Source of the DNA: Minisyncoccota bacterium
GTDB taxonomy: Bacteria > Patescibacteriota > Minisyncoccia > UBA6257 > GWB1-50-10
Reading direction: 5' to 3'
Assembly (NCBI GenBank): GCA_020059585.1
Contig: JAGVBU010000008.1
Span: 22,163 to 86,162, forward strand
DNA: 64,000 nucleotides
Both the position numbers and the translations under genes were made by a program. A model generated the notes under the pieces. It was given only the letters and a program-made list of their open reading frames with translations. It searched no databases and was not told the DNA's origin. Below are positions 49,585 through 60,490 of the stretch, in pieces (position 1 is the first letter of the stretch; each line of letters begins with the position of its first letter).

Positions 49585-51276
49585 ATGAAAAATCCGTATC
49601 TCAAAATATTTACCTCTTTCTTTATATCGGTGTTTCTCGCAACGAACGTCTTTTTACTTATCCCTCCAAAGCCGGTTCAGGCACAGGGACTTGTCGCTGA
49701 TCTTGCGGAAGCGTGCGTGGGAGGACTCGTAAAAACTCTTCTTGGAGATGAAATTGCGGGAGCTCTGGAAGACGCGGTAGATTGGGCAAAGGGAGCGCTG
49801 GGGCTCAGCGTGCTGGATAATAAGGTCCCCACAGACGATTCAAAAACACAGGGACAGATAAAGCTCTCAACTATTGAGGTGTGTCTCACCGCGGTGAAAG
49901 AAATTGCGATCCGTATCGCGCGGGCAATTTTGAAGAAGCAGCTTCTCGATCAGATTGTTGATCAGACTATCCAATGGATACAGGACGGCACTCAGCCGAA
50001 ATTCGTAGGTAACTTCGGGGAATTCTTCAACGATGCAGTTGATGCGGGAATAGGAGAAACAATACGAGAGATAGGACTCGGAGAATTTTGCGACGGACCC
50101 GTAAAGGCGAAAATACAGATAAACCTCACGAAGCCGGCGCGATTTTATGAACGCGCATCCTGTACTCTGAGCGATGTGGTGGGAAACATAGAGGCATTCA
50201 AGGAAAATTTCAAAAACGGATCATGGATAGGGATTCAGGAGGCGGTAAGTCCCCAAAACAACAGACACGGCATATATCTCCTCGCGATGGAAAAAATGCT
50301 TGAGGAGACCGAGAAAGAGGATAAGGCGGCGCAGGCCGAAATCGTAGGAAGCGGGGGATTCAACGCGCAAAAAACATGCGTGCTCTGGGTGCTTACCGAT
50401 ATCAATAAACGATATCTCGCTGACACAAGCGGAAGTCTTATATATGACTACACTGAGAAAAGCATCAATGATCCGCCGCCACCGCCCGCAAACGCGCCAG
50501 CAGGAAGTACGTTTATCTGCGATCCTATGGGAGAGGTTGTTGTCACGCCCGCAAAAACAATCGGTGATTCCGTATCGAAAGCGGTGACTTCTGATATCGA
50601 CTACATATTGAATGCCGAGGATCTCGAAACGTACGCGAGCGCGATTCTTGATGCCGCGATAAACCGTCTCACGAAAGATGCGGTAACAGGAATCAGAAAT
50701 CTCGGCACCACATCACAATCAGATCACCAACAAAACATAACTAATGCGTCTGGTGAATATAATAATGCGATGAGCGGGCAGAGTCTCGCGGCAGGAATTG
50801 AGGCGGGAGTGCGCGGACAAATTACAGCTCAAGCGAACGGGCTCTCGGGAGGACTCGATCAGGCATCCTCAACTCTCGACGCGATTGCGATCGCGAACGA
50901 AGCGCTTATAAAGGTTCTTGATAATTCAGGGACTCCGCGCGGACTCACTCAATGTATAGCAACCAACGCACAATTCGTGATAACCCCCTCTACATTCTCT
51001 CCGAATGCGGTGCTCTCCGACGCGCTTTCAAGGAAAAACACGTGGATTCCTCAGGAAATACAGAACCTTGCGCAGGCGCGGCAATCAACGGCTCAACTCA
51101 TATCAAATCTCGGCGGAAATTCAATGACGGTGAATATACTTTCCCAGATACTGCAGGGATTACAGGAAACGGTAACTGAGAAAAACGCGGAATATCAATC
51201 CATACTCTCAGAGATTACCGCTGACACGGGCACGGCCACCACAAACAGGGACGCGTGCGGAGGCGGAGGAAATTAA
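49585..51276 (+). CDS. Large secreted protein (hypothetical)
   Basis: Signal peptide (…KPVQA-QG), 563 aa, PPPPPANAPAG linker, C-terminal GGGGN. Confidence 0.4.
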   Translation: MKNPYLKIFTSFFISVFLATNVFLLIPPKPVQAQGLVADLAEACVGGLVKTLLGDEIAGALEDAVDWAKGALGLSVLDNKVPTDDSKTQGQIKLSTIEVCLTAVKEIAIRIARAILKKQLLDQIVDQTIQWIQDGTQPKFVGNFGEFFNDAVDAGIGETIREIGLGEFCDGPVKAKIQINLTKPARFYERASCTLSDVVGNIEAFKENFKNGSWIGIQEAVSPQNNRHGIYLLAMEKMLEETEKEDKAAQAEIVGSGGFNAQKTCVLWVLTDINKRYLADTSGSLIYDYTEKSINDPPPPPANAPAGSTFICDPMGEVVVTPAKTIGDSVSKAVTSDIDYILNAEDLETYASAILDAAINRLTKDAVTGIRNLGTTSQSDHQQNITNASGEYNNAMSGQSLAAGIEAGVRGQITAQANGLSGGLDQASSTLDAIAIANEALIKVLDNSGTPRGLTQCIATNAQFVITPSTFSPNAVLSDALSRKNTWIPQEIQNLAQARQSTAQLISNLGGNSMTVNILSQILQGLQETVTEKNAEYQSILSEITADTGTATTNRDACGGGGN

Positions 51277-51289
51277 TTTTCAGAATCTG

Positions 51290-53449
51290 ATGAAATCGCA
51301 TATACAAAAAATACTCGGATCGGCGCTTACGCTTTTCTTTGCGTTTCTTGCGATCCCTTTCCCCGCTGACGCGCTCTTTTTCCTCGGACCGCTCGCCGTC
51401 GCGGCAATCGCGTACGCGGTACTCTATATCCTCCAATACATTGGCGCGATGTTCTTCAGTCTCGCGGGATATCTCGTTGGATTTTTCCTCGATTTCAATT
51501 ACCAGATACTCTCGCCGAATAATATGGTGGTTACGATTGGATGGGAGATCACACGTGACATCGCAAACCTCGGGTTCGTGCTTGTAATCATAATTATTGC
51601 GCTCGCAACCATCATCCGTTATCAGGATTACGGCGCGAAAAAACTTCTTCCCCGTCTCATCGGAGCCGCGCTCCTCGTAAATTTCAGTCTCTCTCTTGCG
51701 GGAGTGTTTATCGGGTTCTCTCACGTGATCACGCGCTATTTCTTTAACGCGGTTGCGGAGAAGGATAATATTGTCGATCTCGTAAAGACACTTTCTGGCG
51801 CGTTTGATCCGCAGGCGCTTTTTACCGAACCATCGGAACCAGAGCCTGTTGATCCCGATGAAGAAGCGGGAGGGCTTTCGGGATTCGGCACCGCGGTGCT
51901 TATGAACATCACGGGATTATTCTTCGTGGTAATTTTCACATTCATCGCATCGTTCGTGCTTCTCGCGTTCGCCCTTATGCTTCTTATCCGCTACGTCGCG
52001 CTCTCATTTCTTATGATCCTCGCTCCAATCGCGTGGCTTTTCTGGGTGATTCCCTCACTTGAAAGCCAATTCTCTAAATGGTGGAGCAGGTTTCTTAAAT
52101 GGGTATTTTTCGCCCCCGCCGTTTCCTTCTTCTTTTATCTCGCGCTGGTGAGCATTGGAAGAATGAAACAGGGTACGGGCGCCGTCACTCCCACTCAATT
52201 TTTCAAAAACGGATTTATATCGGCGATGATGCAGCAGGGCGCGCGCATGGCGATTCTTATCGGACTCCTCATTGGGGGACTTATGGTTGCCGACAGTATG
52301 GGCACCACGGGCGCCAAGGGCGCGATGAACCTCCTGAACAAAGGTGTGGATAAGAGCAAGAAATGGCTTGGAGCAAAGGCAAAGGAGGGCGCGACACGCG
52401 CCGCAACCGCGCCTCTCAGGACCGATACGGGAAGGAGTTTTGTAAACAAGCTTCAGACCCTCGGCAAGGATAGTAAATGGGGTGGTGCAGCCGCACCGTT
52501 ACGAATGATGGGATCAAGCCTTGCTGGTGTTACCGCAAAAGCGGAACAACAATACCAAACAACGAAGGCGAAGTTTGAAAAAATGAGTACGGAAAAAATT
52601 GCGGCGGGACACGCAAACGCAAACGACGAGGAACGCGCAGCAGGCGTTGACGTAATCGCGGAGAGAGGAAAGAAAATCGGAGACGCGCTTATTGACGCAG
52701 AAAAAGAGATTGAACGGTCCGTGAGAGCACTCGAAAAAGCGAAAGAAAGCGGCGATCAAAACTCTATAGTTGCCGCGGAAGAGCGTCTCGATAAGGCAAA
52801 CGAGAAGAAAGGAGCGGTTAAGAAGGAACAATATCAATACGAGGAAGCGCTCAAGAATCTCCCCGCAAATACTCGTGATGGAATTGGAAATATAGGACAA
52901 TATGTCTCCGACAAACAAAATAAAGTCCCCACAAAACAATTTGATATTGCTAACATTACAACGAAAGAGGATGGTGTCCTCTTCCGAAGAACAAAGAGGG
53001 GAGCACGGTACATCGCAACACGAAAAGCCCCCACCGAAGGAGAATTAAACGATGCGCGACAAGCAATACCTTCCGCCCAAAATAAACTGAACGCCTCTGT
53101 TGCGAATGCCGCAACAGCACGGACAAATCTTGCTGGATTTAGAACCGCAAGAACAACCGCAGAAGCAGATAAGAGAAATGCCCAGATAGAGCATGATAGA
53201 TTTGCAAACCAAAAAACATTCAATCAAGCGGATGAAAACGCGAGACTAAATAACCTCGCGGCGGCAAAAAGAAGATTAGATAATGCAACGCAACAAACAA
53301 AGGATATTGAAGAGGAGATAAAAGATACCGAGCAAAAGATACGTGAAGAAACAAAGGCTCGTGATGATCTTGCAAAAGCCCAGCAAAAACTACAAAATCT
53401 TGAACGCCAGAATCGAGAAGGATGGAGAAGAAAAGAGCACAAGCCATAA
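51290..53449 (+). CDS. VirB6/TrbL-like polytopic membrane protein with C-terminal coiled-coil tail
   Basis: ~330-aa N-terminal domain with at least 6 TM helices, then ~390-aa Ala/Lys/Glu/Gln-rich predicted coiled coil. Confidence 0.5.
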   Translation: MKSHIQKILGSALTLFFAFLAIPFPADALFFLGPLAVAAIAYAVLYILQYIGAMFFSLAGYLVGFFLDFNYQILSPNNMVVTIGWEITRDIANLGFVLVIIIIALATIIRYQDYGAKKLLPRLIGAALLVNFSLSLAGVFIGFSHVITRYFFNAVAEKDNIVDLVKTLSGAFDPQALFTEPSEPEPVDPDEEAGGLSGFGTAVLMNITGLFFVVIFTFIASFVLLAFALMLLIRYVALSFLMILAPIAWLFWVIPSLESQFSKWWSRFLKWVFFAPAVSFFFYLALVSIGRMKQGTGAVTPTQFFKNGFISAMMQQGARMAILIGLLIGGLMVADSMGTTGAKGAMNLLNKGVDKSKKWLGAKAKEGATRAATAPLRTDTGRSFVNKLQTLGKDSKWGGAAAPLRMMGSSLAGVTAKAEQQYQTTKAKFEKMSTEKIAAGHANANDEERAAGVDVIAERGKKIGDALIDAEKEIERSVRALEKAKESGDQNSIVAAEERLDKANEKKGAVKKEQYQYEEALKNLPANTRDGIGNIGQYVSDKQNKVPTKQFDIANITTKEDGVLFRRTKRGARYIATRKAPTEGELNDARQAIPSAQNKLNASVANAATARTNLAGFRTARTTAEADKRNAQIEHDRFANQKTFNQADENARLNNLAAAKRRLDNATQQTKDIEEEIKDTEQKIREETKARDDLAKAQQKLQNLERQNREGWRRKEHKP

Positions 53450-53458
53450 CACGCAACT

Positions 53459-55132
53459 ATGGATCAAAAAGACATATTAAACGCGTCACCGGAAAATCTT
53501 TTAACCTCTTTTCCTGTATGGGAAGAAAGCGTGTGGACCGCGCTTCAAAAAAAAGATTATGCGGAAGCGGCGGATAAACTTCAGGACACTCTAGAATATT
53601 TTACCGACGAGGGTCTCTCCCAAATACTATGGAAATCTCTTTTGGAGGGTATTCCTGCAGTTCGTGGCGCCCTTTCTTCTGATGAGTGGAATAGCGAAGT
53701 CCTTCCCTTTCTCGCACTTGCATTCATTAATTTTGCTGATGGACGCGCAATCGCCGATACATATCAAAGAACATCCCTTGAAATAATAAAAAAATTTCAC
53801 CCTCTTGTTGTAGATTCGATTCCCGGAGAAACTCCTGAAGAAAAAGTCGCGCTTCTTAAAACCTCCGCGTCATCAACGTACATCTATCTCACCGCAAGTC
53901 CCGCGCAGATTTTCGGACTCGGACTCTTTCCTATTCCCCAAAAACTCCCCTCGAATGAAAAAAAGAAGCCCGAGTATCAACTTGGATTTCTCTCGGAGAT
54001 ATTACGATATGGAATCTTCTCGTTCGACACCGCCCAAGATCTTTTTCTTATTGCTCAAAATAGAAAATTAGACGAAAAAAAGATGAGCGCGCTCGCGTAT
54101 GCGACGGGATCCGTACTCTTGGGAATTATAGCCCTCGATGATTTTTCCACCGCGCTGAAAGAAATAATTGATACACCTCCCGAAGAATGCGACTTCATCG
54201 CGAAAGAAATACGGGAAAAGATATTGGAGAAACACCGAAGGGAGATAAAGGAATTATTTGAAGGAACAAAAGAGGCCACAATCCCATCCGGAGAAACCGT
54301 CTCTCTGGAAGTGTTCGGATTTGACGGAGAAAAAGCAAAAGAAGCCGCTCCCGTGAAAATCACGCCGGAAAAAACGAGCGCGCCAGAAACGGCTCCTCTT
54401 GTGATACACAGAGAAAAACCGTCTCCTTTCGGATTTCAGAACGCGGGATCAAAACAATCATCCGGAAAAAGCTTTTCGCTTCCTTTTGGTTTTTTCAAAT
54501 CCAAATCGGATAATGCTTCTCCGAATCCGGTGCGCGCCACGATAGAGCTTCCAAAAATCCTCAAGCCGGAGGAAAAGAAAACTATTCATTATAGTGAACT
54601 CAGAACTCCCATTACTCCGTTTCAAAAAGAAAAGGCATTTATCAGTACCGACACGGAAAAGAGCGGGAAGGGTGATGATCAGAAAAAAACACCCGCGGAT
54701 ATCATACAGAAAAAAGAGGATAACGCGCTTAATCTTTCTTTAGTAGACACGAAAAAAGATCTTCAAAAAGAGAGGGCTCGCGTGAAAGAGGTGTTTTCCT
54801 CTATTTCTGCCGGTTCCGCGTCCTCGCAGAAAAACATTATAAAAGAAGATACCCGTCCGACGGCTATTTTGAAAAAAGAATATACTCTTATAAACAAATC
54901 TCCGGAAAAAATACCCCCATCTTCTAATATATCCTCCGATACCCCCCTTAAGAAACAGGTTCAGGCAGATTTGAAAAACGTCAGCGCAAAAACCCCGCAA
55001 GAAAAACCCCAACTCACCGGAAAGGGATTCTTTTGGGGGTTTCCAAAAAAGAAACCCGCCGAAGCACCCGCCGTTAAAAGACCCGAAACAGGTCCGGAAA
55101 TCGAGGGAAATAAACTTAATCTCAAAAAATAA
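53459..55132 (+). CDS. Hypothetical protein; structured N-terminal half, disordered K/E/P-rich C-terminal half
   Basis: 557 aa, no signal peptide or TM; low-complexity C-terminus. Confidence 0.35.
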   Translation: MDQKDILNASPENLLTSFPVWEESVWTALQKKDYAEAADKLQDTLEYFTDEGLSQILWKSLLEGIPAVRGALSSDEWNSEVLPFLALAFINFADGRAIADTYQRTSLEIIKKFHPLVVDSIPGETPEEKVALLKTSASSTYIYLTASPAQIFGLGLFPIPQKLPSNEKKKPEYQLGFLSEILRYGIFSFDTAQDLFLIAQNRKLDEKKMSALAYATGSVLLGIIALDDFSTALKEIIDTPPEECDFIAKEIREKILEKHRREIKELFEGTKEATIPSGETVSLEVFGFDGEKAKEAAPVKITPEKTSAPETAPLVIHREKPSPFGFQNAGSKQSSGKSFSLPFGFFKSKSDNASPNPVRATIELPKILKPEEKKTIHYSELRTPITPFQKEKAFISTDTEKSGKGDDQKKTPADIIQKKEDNALNLSLVDTKKDLQKERARVKEVFSSISAGSASSQKNIIKEDTRPTAILKKEYTLINKSPEKIPPSSNISSDTPLKKQVQADLKNVSAKTPQEKPQLTGKGFFWGFPKKKPAEAPAVKRPETGPEIEGNKLNLKK

Positions 55133-55203
55133 GGGGAAATTGTGAGAATCAGCGAACGGCGATATACTAAAGATGATATATTGCCGTTTTTTTTCATACC
55201 ATT

Positions 55204-55704
55204 ATGGCAACCTTTCAAGTTCCCCAATTTATAGATCAGAAACCGAAAATCGTAGGTCCCCTTACGCTCCAGCAATTTGCGTTTGTCGGAAGCGCGGCGC
55301 TTCTCAGTTTTATCTTCTATTACACATTTGATACGTTTCTCTGGATATTTTTTTCCATTGTTCTTGGATCAATCGCCCTCCTCCTCGCGTTCGGAAAAGT
55401 GAACGGGCAGGAGGCAACCATCGTCCTGAAATCCCTTTTTAAATTTCTTCTTGAGCCCAGGCTTTTTCTTTGGGAAAAAAACTTCTCCGAGAAAAAAAAG
55501 GAAGAGTCAGCGGAAAGTATCGCATCGGTCAGAAACACAATGAGCATCCAGCAGAAACTCAAATCGATAACACTGAACATAACGACGGGGAAGGCGTTTT
55601 CACCAAAAATATCCCAAGAAACGCAGAAAAAGGAGGGCTTCCAAGTGGCTACATTTTCCACCGGAGAGAAAAAATTTGTAAAAAAAGTCGACTACAGCGA
55701 ATAG
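55204..55704 (+). CDS. PrgI/VirB3-like small membrane protein
   Basis: N-terminus MATFQVPQFIDQKPKIVGPLTLQQFAFVGSAALLSF then a second TM, matching the PrgI-family signature and position immediately upstream of VirB4. Confidence 0.5.
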   Translation: MATFQVPQFIDQKPKIVGPLTLQQFAFVGSAALLSFIFYYTFDTFLWIFFSIVLGSIALLLAFGKVNGQEATIVLKSLFKFLLEPRLFLWEKNFSEKKKEESAESIASVRNTMSIQQKLKSITLNITTGKAFSPKISQETQKKEGFQVATFSTGEKKFVKKVDYSE

Positions 55705-55746
55705 GAATTCTTCGCATAACAAAAAGGAATCGATTACAATATCAAT

Positions 55747-56400
55747 ATGCCACCAAAGAGCCAACCAGACGCAAAGCCATCACAAGAATTTGTTGCGGTG
55801 AAGAAAATACACGATGGCGTTCTCTACCTGAAAAAGGGTGGAATTTGCCGCGTACTTATTGTAAGCGGGATTAATTTTGATCTGAAATCAGAAGCGGAAC
55901 AAAATATGATACTTTCAAGTTTTCAAAATTTCCTCAACACCCTTGACTTCTCCGTCCAATTTTTCATCCACTCAAGAAAAGTAAATATTGAAGAATACAT
56001 GGAGAAAATGAAAGAACGGAAAGAGCAGGAAACAAATGAGCTCCTAAAAATACAAATCGAAGAATACATGAATTTTATACAATCCTTCGTTGATCAAAAT
56101 GATATTGTGACAAAATCCTTTTTCATTGTGGTGCCCTATGAATCAGTACACGTCGTCAATCAAGCACGGGGAGTATTGTCCCTCTTCAAAAAATCAGCCC
56201 CCCAATCCACGGAAACTATCGCCCAAGAGGATATACAACAATTAAACCATCGGGTGGATCAGGTAACCCTAGGACTCGAGCAAATAGGTCTCCGCGTAGC
56301 CCCTCTCGAAGACGATGAGCTTCTCGAGTTGTTCTACAACCTTTACAATCCTCGCCTCGTCGAAAAAAAAGGACTTGAGTTGTCACATAAAGAAAAATAA
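55747..56400 (+). CDS. VirB4/TraE-family N-terminal domain, separate ORF
   Basis: 217 aa resembling the N-terminal domain of Gram-positive VirB4 (VAVKKIHDGVLYLKKGGICRVLIVSGINFDL...); TAA stop 4 nt before the ATG of the ATPase ORF. Confidence 0.55.
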   Translation: MPPKSQPDAKPSQEFVAVKKIHDGVLYLKKGGICRVLIVSGINFDLKSEAEQNMILSSFQNFLNTLDFSVQFFIHSRKVNIEEYMEKMKERKEQETNELLKIQIEEYMNFIQSFVDQNDIVTKSFFIVVPYESVHVVNQARGVLSLFKKSAPQSTETIAQEDIQQLNHRVDQVTLGLEQIGLRVAPLEDDELLELFYNLYNPRLVEKKGLELSHKEK

Positions 56401-56404
56401 CACC

Positions 56405-58147
56405 ATGCCCACACCATATACCCCCTCGTCAGAAGATCTTCCAAATATTATCGCTCCCGCGGGAATAGAGGTAAATTCCAATTATCTTAAAATAGGGGAT
56501 TATTACGCTAAAACATTTTTCATATTCACATATCCGCGATACATCTCAAGCGGATGGTTCTCTCCCATACTTAATCTTTCCGAAATGATGGATATCTCCA
56601 TTTTTATGCATCCAATGGATACCGCGCTGACACTCCGCAATCTCACAAAGAAAGTTGCTCAAATAGAGGCGGAAATGAATGAAAAACAGGACAAAGGAAT
56701 TGTCCGCGATCCAGTGCTTCAGACCGCGCATGAAGACGTCGAGTCACTTCGCGACGCGATTCAACAGGCACGGGAGAAGTTATTTCAGGTTGGAGTATAT
56801 ATCACTATATACGGAGCCGATATAAAGAAGTTGGAACAACTCCAGAATAAAGTTGAATCAATGCTTGAAAGTAAGCTTGTTTATATAAAACCAGCGCTTT
56901 TCAGGCAGATTGAGGGGATGAACACCACATTTCCTTTCGCGAAAGATGAGCTTTCCGTTCTCACCCCTCTCAATTCAGGTCCCGCATCGTCTCTTTTTCC
57001 CTTTATATCTCCCGATCTTTCTTCCGAAAAAGGCGTTCTTTTCGGGGTAAATATGCACAACAACAGCCTTATCATCTTTGATCGTTTTTCGCTTGAAAAC
57101 GCGAACTCAGTCATCTTTGCAAAATCAGGATCCGGAAAATCATATTCCACAAAATTACAAATACTCAGATCCCTTATGATGGGAACAAACGTTGTGGTGT
57201 TGGATCCTGAAAATGAATACAAAAACCTTGCGGATGCGATTGGGGGAAGTTATTTCAAAATATCACTCACATCGGAAAGTCATGTGAATCCATTCGATAT
57301 TCCTGTTATTCCAGAGGGTGAGGATCCCGCTGACGTATTTAAATCGCACGTATTAAATCTTGCTGGACTTCTTAAATTAATGTTCGGAGAAATCACTGCG
57401 GAAGAAGAATCTATTATCGATCGTGTGCTTATAGAAACCTACGCGTCACGTGATATTACCGCCGAAAATTTCGGAGCAACGAGGGAATTAAATCCTCCAC
57501 TCCTCGAAGACCTTCAGGTGGTACTCGAAAACACCGAGGGAGGATCAGCGCTCGCGAAACGCCTTGAAAAATATACCCGCGGATCATATGCGGGATTCAC
57601 AAACGTCCCCACGAACGTTGATATTAAAAACAGACTTATCGTGTTCTCGATCCGCGATCTCGAAGAGGAGCTCCGCCCCATCGCGATGTATATTATCTTG
57701 AACTTCGTGTGGAATCTCATTCGTTCAGAATTAAAACAGCGTATTCTCGTCATTGATGAGGCGTGGATAATGATGAAAAACAAAGACAGCGCGTCATTTC
57801 TCTTTGGACTCGTAAAAAGAGCACGGAAATATTATCTCGGCGTGACGTGTATTACGCAGGACGTGGAGGATTTCCTCAAATCAGAATACGGGAAGCCTAT
57901 TATAACAAATTCCTCAATGCAGATTCTCCTCAAACAATCGCCGACAAGTATTGATTCTGTAGGAAAAACCTTCAATCTCACCGAAGGGGAGAAGGCTTTT
58001 CTCCTTGAGTGCAGCGTTGGAGAAGGATTGTTTTTTGCGGGAATGAAACATGTTGCGATAAAAATAATTCCCTCATACACCGAAGACCAGATTATCACCA
58101 CCAATCCGGAACAGATGCTTGCGATAAAAGGCCTCACTCAGCGATAG
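56405..58147 (+). CDS. VirB4/TraE-family type IV secretion ATPase, C-terminal ATPase portion
   Basis: YLKIGDYYAKTFFIFTYP signature, Walker A FAKSGSGKSYST, Walker B RILVIDEAWIMM, C-terminal CagE/TrbE region. Confidence 0.75.
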   Translation: MPTPYTPSSEDLPNIIAPAGIEVNSNYLKIGDYYAKTFFIFTYPRYISSGWFSPILNLSEMMDISIFMHPMDTALTLRNLTKKVAQIEAEMNEKQDKGIVRDPVLQTAHEDVESLRDAIQQAREKLFQVGVYITIYGADIKKLEQLQNKVESMLESKLVYIKPALFRQIEGMNTTFPFAKDELSVLTPLNSGPASSLFPFISPDLSSEKGVLFGVNMHNNSLIIFDRFSLENANSVIFAKSGSGKSYSTKLQILRSLMMGTNVVVLDPENEYKNLADAIGGSYFKISLTSESHVNPFDIPVIPEGEDPADVFKSHVLNLAGLLKLMFGEITAEEESIIDRVLIETYASRDITAENFGATRELNPPLLEDLQVVLENTEGGSALAKRLEKYTRGSYAGFTNVPTNVDIKNRLIVFSIRDLEEELRPIAMYIILNFVWNLIRSELKQRILVIDEAWIMMKNKDSASFLFGLVKRARKYYLGVTCITQDVEDFLKSEYGKPIITNSSMQILLKQSPTSIDSVGKTFNLTEGEKAFLLECSVGEGLFFAGMKHVAIKIIPSYTEDQIITTNPEQMLAIKGLTQR

Positions 58148-58153
58148 CACCAC

Positions 58154-58540
58154 ATGGAAGACAAGGGAAACAATCGCGTTGAAACACCTCGAAACGAGGA
58201 ACGGAATGATGTCACTGAAGCGGAAGCTATTGTGTGGCTCTCATTCCTTATCGGATTCGACGGAATATGCATTTTACTCGATCTCACGGGAGTCGGGATG
58301 GGTATTGCCCCATTCCTTCAGGGATTCGGCACGTTTTCTTCGGGTATGTGGTTCGAAAAAACAAAAGGAGACAAGAACGCGATGAAAATGCAGAGACAGC
58401 TTATAAAATACATCTCAAATGTCGCGCCATTCCTTCCTACACTCTCGATTGCGTTTGCGATTGAAGCGTATATGCACAACCATCCGGAAAAATTCGAGAA
58501 GATAGAGAAGGCCTTAAACACGAAAACTCCCTCGAAATAG
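58154..58540 (+). CDS. Small membrane protein (hypothetical)
   Basis: 128 aa with two or three hydrophobic helices. Confidence 0.3.
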   Translation: MEDKGNNRVETPRNEERNDVTEAEAIVWLSFLIGFDGICILLDLTGVGMGIAPFLQGFGTFSSGMWFEKTKGDKNAMKMQRQLIKYISNVAPFLPTLSIAFAIEAYMHNHPEKFEKIEKALNTKTPSK

Positions 58541-58555
58541 TGTATAATAAATGGA

Positions 58556-59245
58556 ATGAGGACACGGTTTCTTGTGATTTTTCTTGGAGTAATCGCGCTC
58601 TGCCTCGCGTCTTTTAACGTAACACAAAGTCAGACCGCGGCGCCGCAGGAAGAGGTGATATTATCGTGGCAGGCGCTTAATTTTTTCCCCGCGAATTTCG
58701 AGGGGAAGGCTCTTGCGTCTCCTTTTAGCCCTATACTTGCAAGCGTTGAGGTTATTGAAAACGGAAAATTTACCGACCTTTCTCAGTCATCAATATCATG
58801 GAAGATTGATAATAAATTTCTTCAAAGCGGTGTTGGACTCAAGGAAGTTTTATTCAGAATACAGAAAAATAAGGGTGATTTTCATATCATACAGGTTTCT
58901 ATAGAAAAAAACGGGAAGAAAAGTCAGGGAAGCGTTCTTATACCGATCGCCCCGCAGACAATTGTGGTGGAACTTCCATATTCCGGGAACACGATATTCT
59001 CCAATGTAGAGAACACCATAAAAGCGATTCCTTATTTCTTCAATATAAAAACCTTAAACGAGCTTTCTTTTTTCTGGCAGATAAACGAAAGGAAGGAGGG
59101 CGGAAAAGATAATAATGTGCTTATCCTGAAAACGAGCGCGCCTCAGACAAAAAGCCAAAGTCTCATTGAAATCACTTCATCGGCCCAAAACAACACAAAT
59201 CCCTTGGAGTTCGCGAAAACGAAGATTTGGTTGAATGTAAAATAG
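58556..59245 (+). CDS. Secreted protein (hypothetical)
   Basis: Signal peptide (CLASFNVTQS-QTA), 229 aa, beta-rich composition. Confidence 0.35.
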   Translation: MRTRFLVIFLGVIALCLASFNVTQSQTAAPQEEVILSWQALNFFPANFEGKALASPFSPILASVEVIENGKFTDLSQSSISWKIDNKFLQSGVGLKEVLFRIQKNKGDFHIIQVSIEKNGKKSQGSVLIPIAPQTIVVELPYSGNTIFSNVENTIKAIPYFFNIKTLNELSFFWQINERKEGGKDNNVLILKTSAPQTKSQSLIEITSSAQNNTNPLEFAKTKIWLNVK

Positions 59246-59260
59246 ATATAAACACCACTT

Positions 59261-60490
59261 ATGAAAACGTGGCATAAAATACTCATCATAGTAATCCTTC
59301 TCGGTATCGGAATTTTCGCGCTATTTTATTTCTTTAATAAGATAGCCGTCCCCGTCCCCATAGAGGAATCGCAGGGTGTTCTTTTTCCTGGATTTGAAAA
59401 AAACGGAGGCACCCAAGGGTTGGGGGATGTAGGGAGTCCATCCACGGAAAAAACTGCCGTACTCTCGAAAATATCAGACGTGCCTGTATTTGATTTCTGG
59501 ATATCGAAAGACACGGGAGAGTTGTATTACATCACCAACAAAGGAAGGATTTTTTCTGGGAAGGACGGATCTGATATCGATATGAATACTCAGGAACTCA
59601 GCTCCCTGAATATGATTATCCCAAGCGAAACAGGAAAGAAAATCATCGCGTCTTTCGGGGATCCGCAGAAACCCCGCTGGGGAGTGTTTGATGTTGTTGA
59701 TGGGGTGTGGAAGCCTCTTTCTGATAAAATAACTTCCGCCATGTGGGGGAAGGATGAGGATACGCTTATAGGAACCATTCAAAATGAAGATGGACATTCG
59801 ATCGCGTCTTTTGATATTTCAAAAAATCCCATAAAAAGCTCCGTCATCCTTAAGGATTTTCGGATAAAAGATGTGTCATTTTCATGGAAGAATCCCGACT
59901 CAATAATGATTCTTGAACGCTCAAGCGCGACAATAAAAGGGCGTCTTTGGGAGTTTAATACAAAAAATCTTCTCGTAAAACAGGTAGATCCCGGAACAAG
60001 CGGGCTCTCATTTCTTTGGAGCGCATCCAGAGAGTACGCGCTTAGATTTTCAAATCCAAACAATCTCCTTGTGCTTAATGGAAATCTCGAACCGGTAAAT
60101 CCTCTGACTATTACCTCCATCCCTCAAAAATGCGGATTCAGTGAGGACGCGCTCTATTGTTTTATCCCGCAGGATACCGACTCTTTTTTGGAATTCTCGC
60201 TTCCTGATGATTATTTCCAGAATAAATTTTATTCCACGGATACATTGATCTCTATCAATCTCGAAACCGATAAGATGGAAACGCTTCTACAAAGCGGTGT
60301 GGGAAATTTTTCTCCGATTGACGGACGGCATCCGCGGGTACACGAAGGAGATGTATTTTTCGTGAATAAATATGACTGGTTCGTGTATCGCGTCCATATT
60401 TCAGAAGAGGGAGAGGGACTAGAAAAATCTAATGAAGTAAACCAAAACGAAGAAAACCAAATTTACAATGAACCTTCCCCGTTTAATTAA
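59261..60490 (+). CDS. Membrane-anchored extracytoplasmic protein (hypothetical; possible beta-propeller)
   Basis: N-terminal TM anchor (ILIIVILLGIGIFALFYFF), 409 aa, repeated beta-strand-like segments. Confidence 0.35.
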   Translation: MKTWHKILIIVILLGIGIFALFYFFNKIAVPVPIEESQGVLFPGFEKNGGTQGLGDVGSPSTEKTAVLSKISDVPVFDFWISKDTGELYYITNKGRIFSGKDGSDIDMNTQELSSLNMIIPSETGKKIIASFGDPQKPRWGVFDVVDGVWKPLSDKITSAMWGKDEDTLIGTIQNEDGHSIASFDISKNPIKSSVILKDFRIKDVSFSWKNPDSIMILERSSATIKGRLWEFNTKNLLVKQVDPGTSGLSFLWSASREYALRFSNPNNLLVLNGNLEPVNPLTITSIPQKCGFSEDALYCFIPQDTDSFLEFSLPDDYFQNKFYSTDTLISINLETDKMETLLQSGVGNFSPIDGRHPRVHEGDVFFVNKYDWFVYRVHISEEGEGLEKSNEVNQNEENQIYNEPSPFN

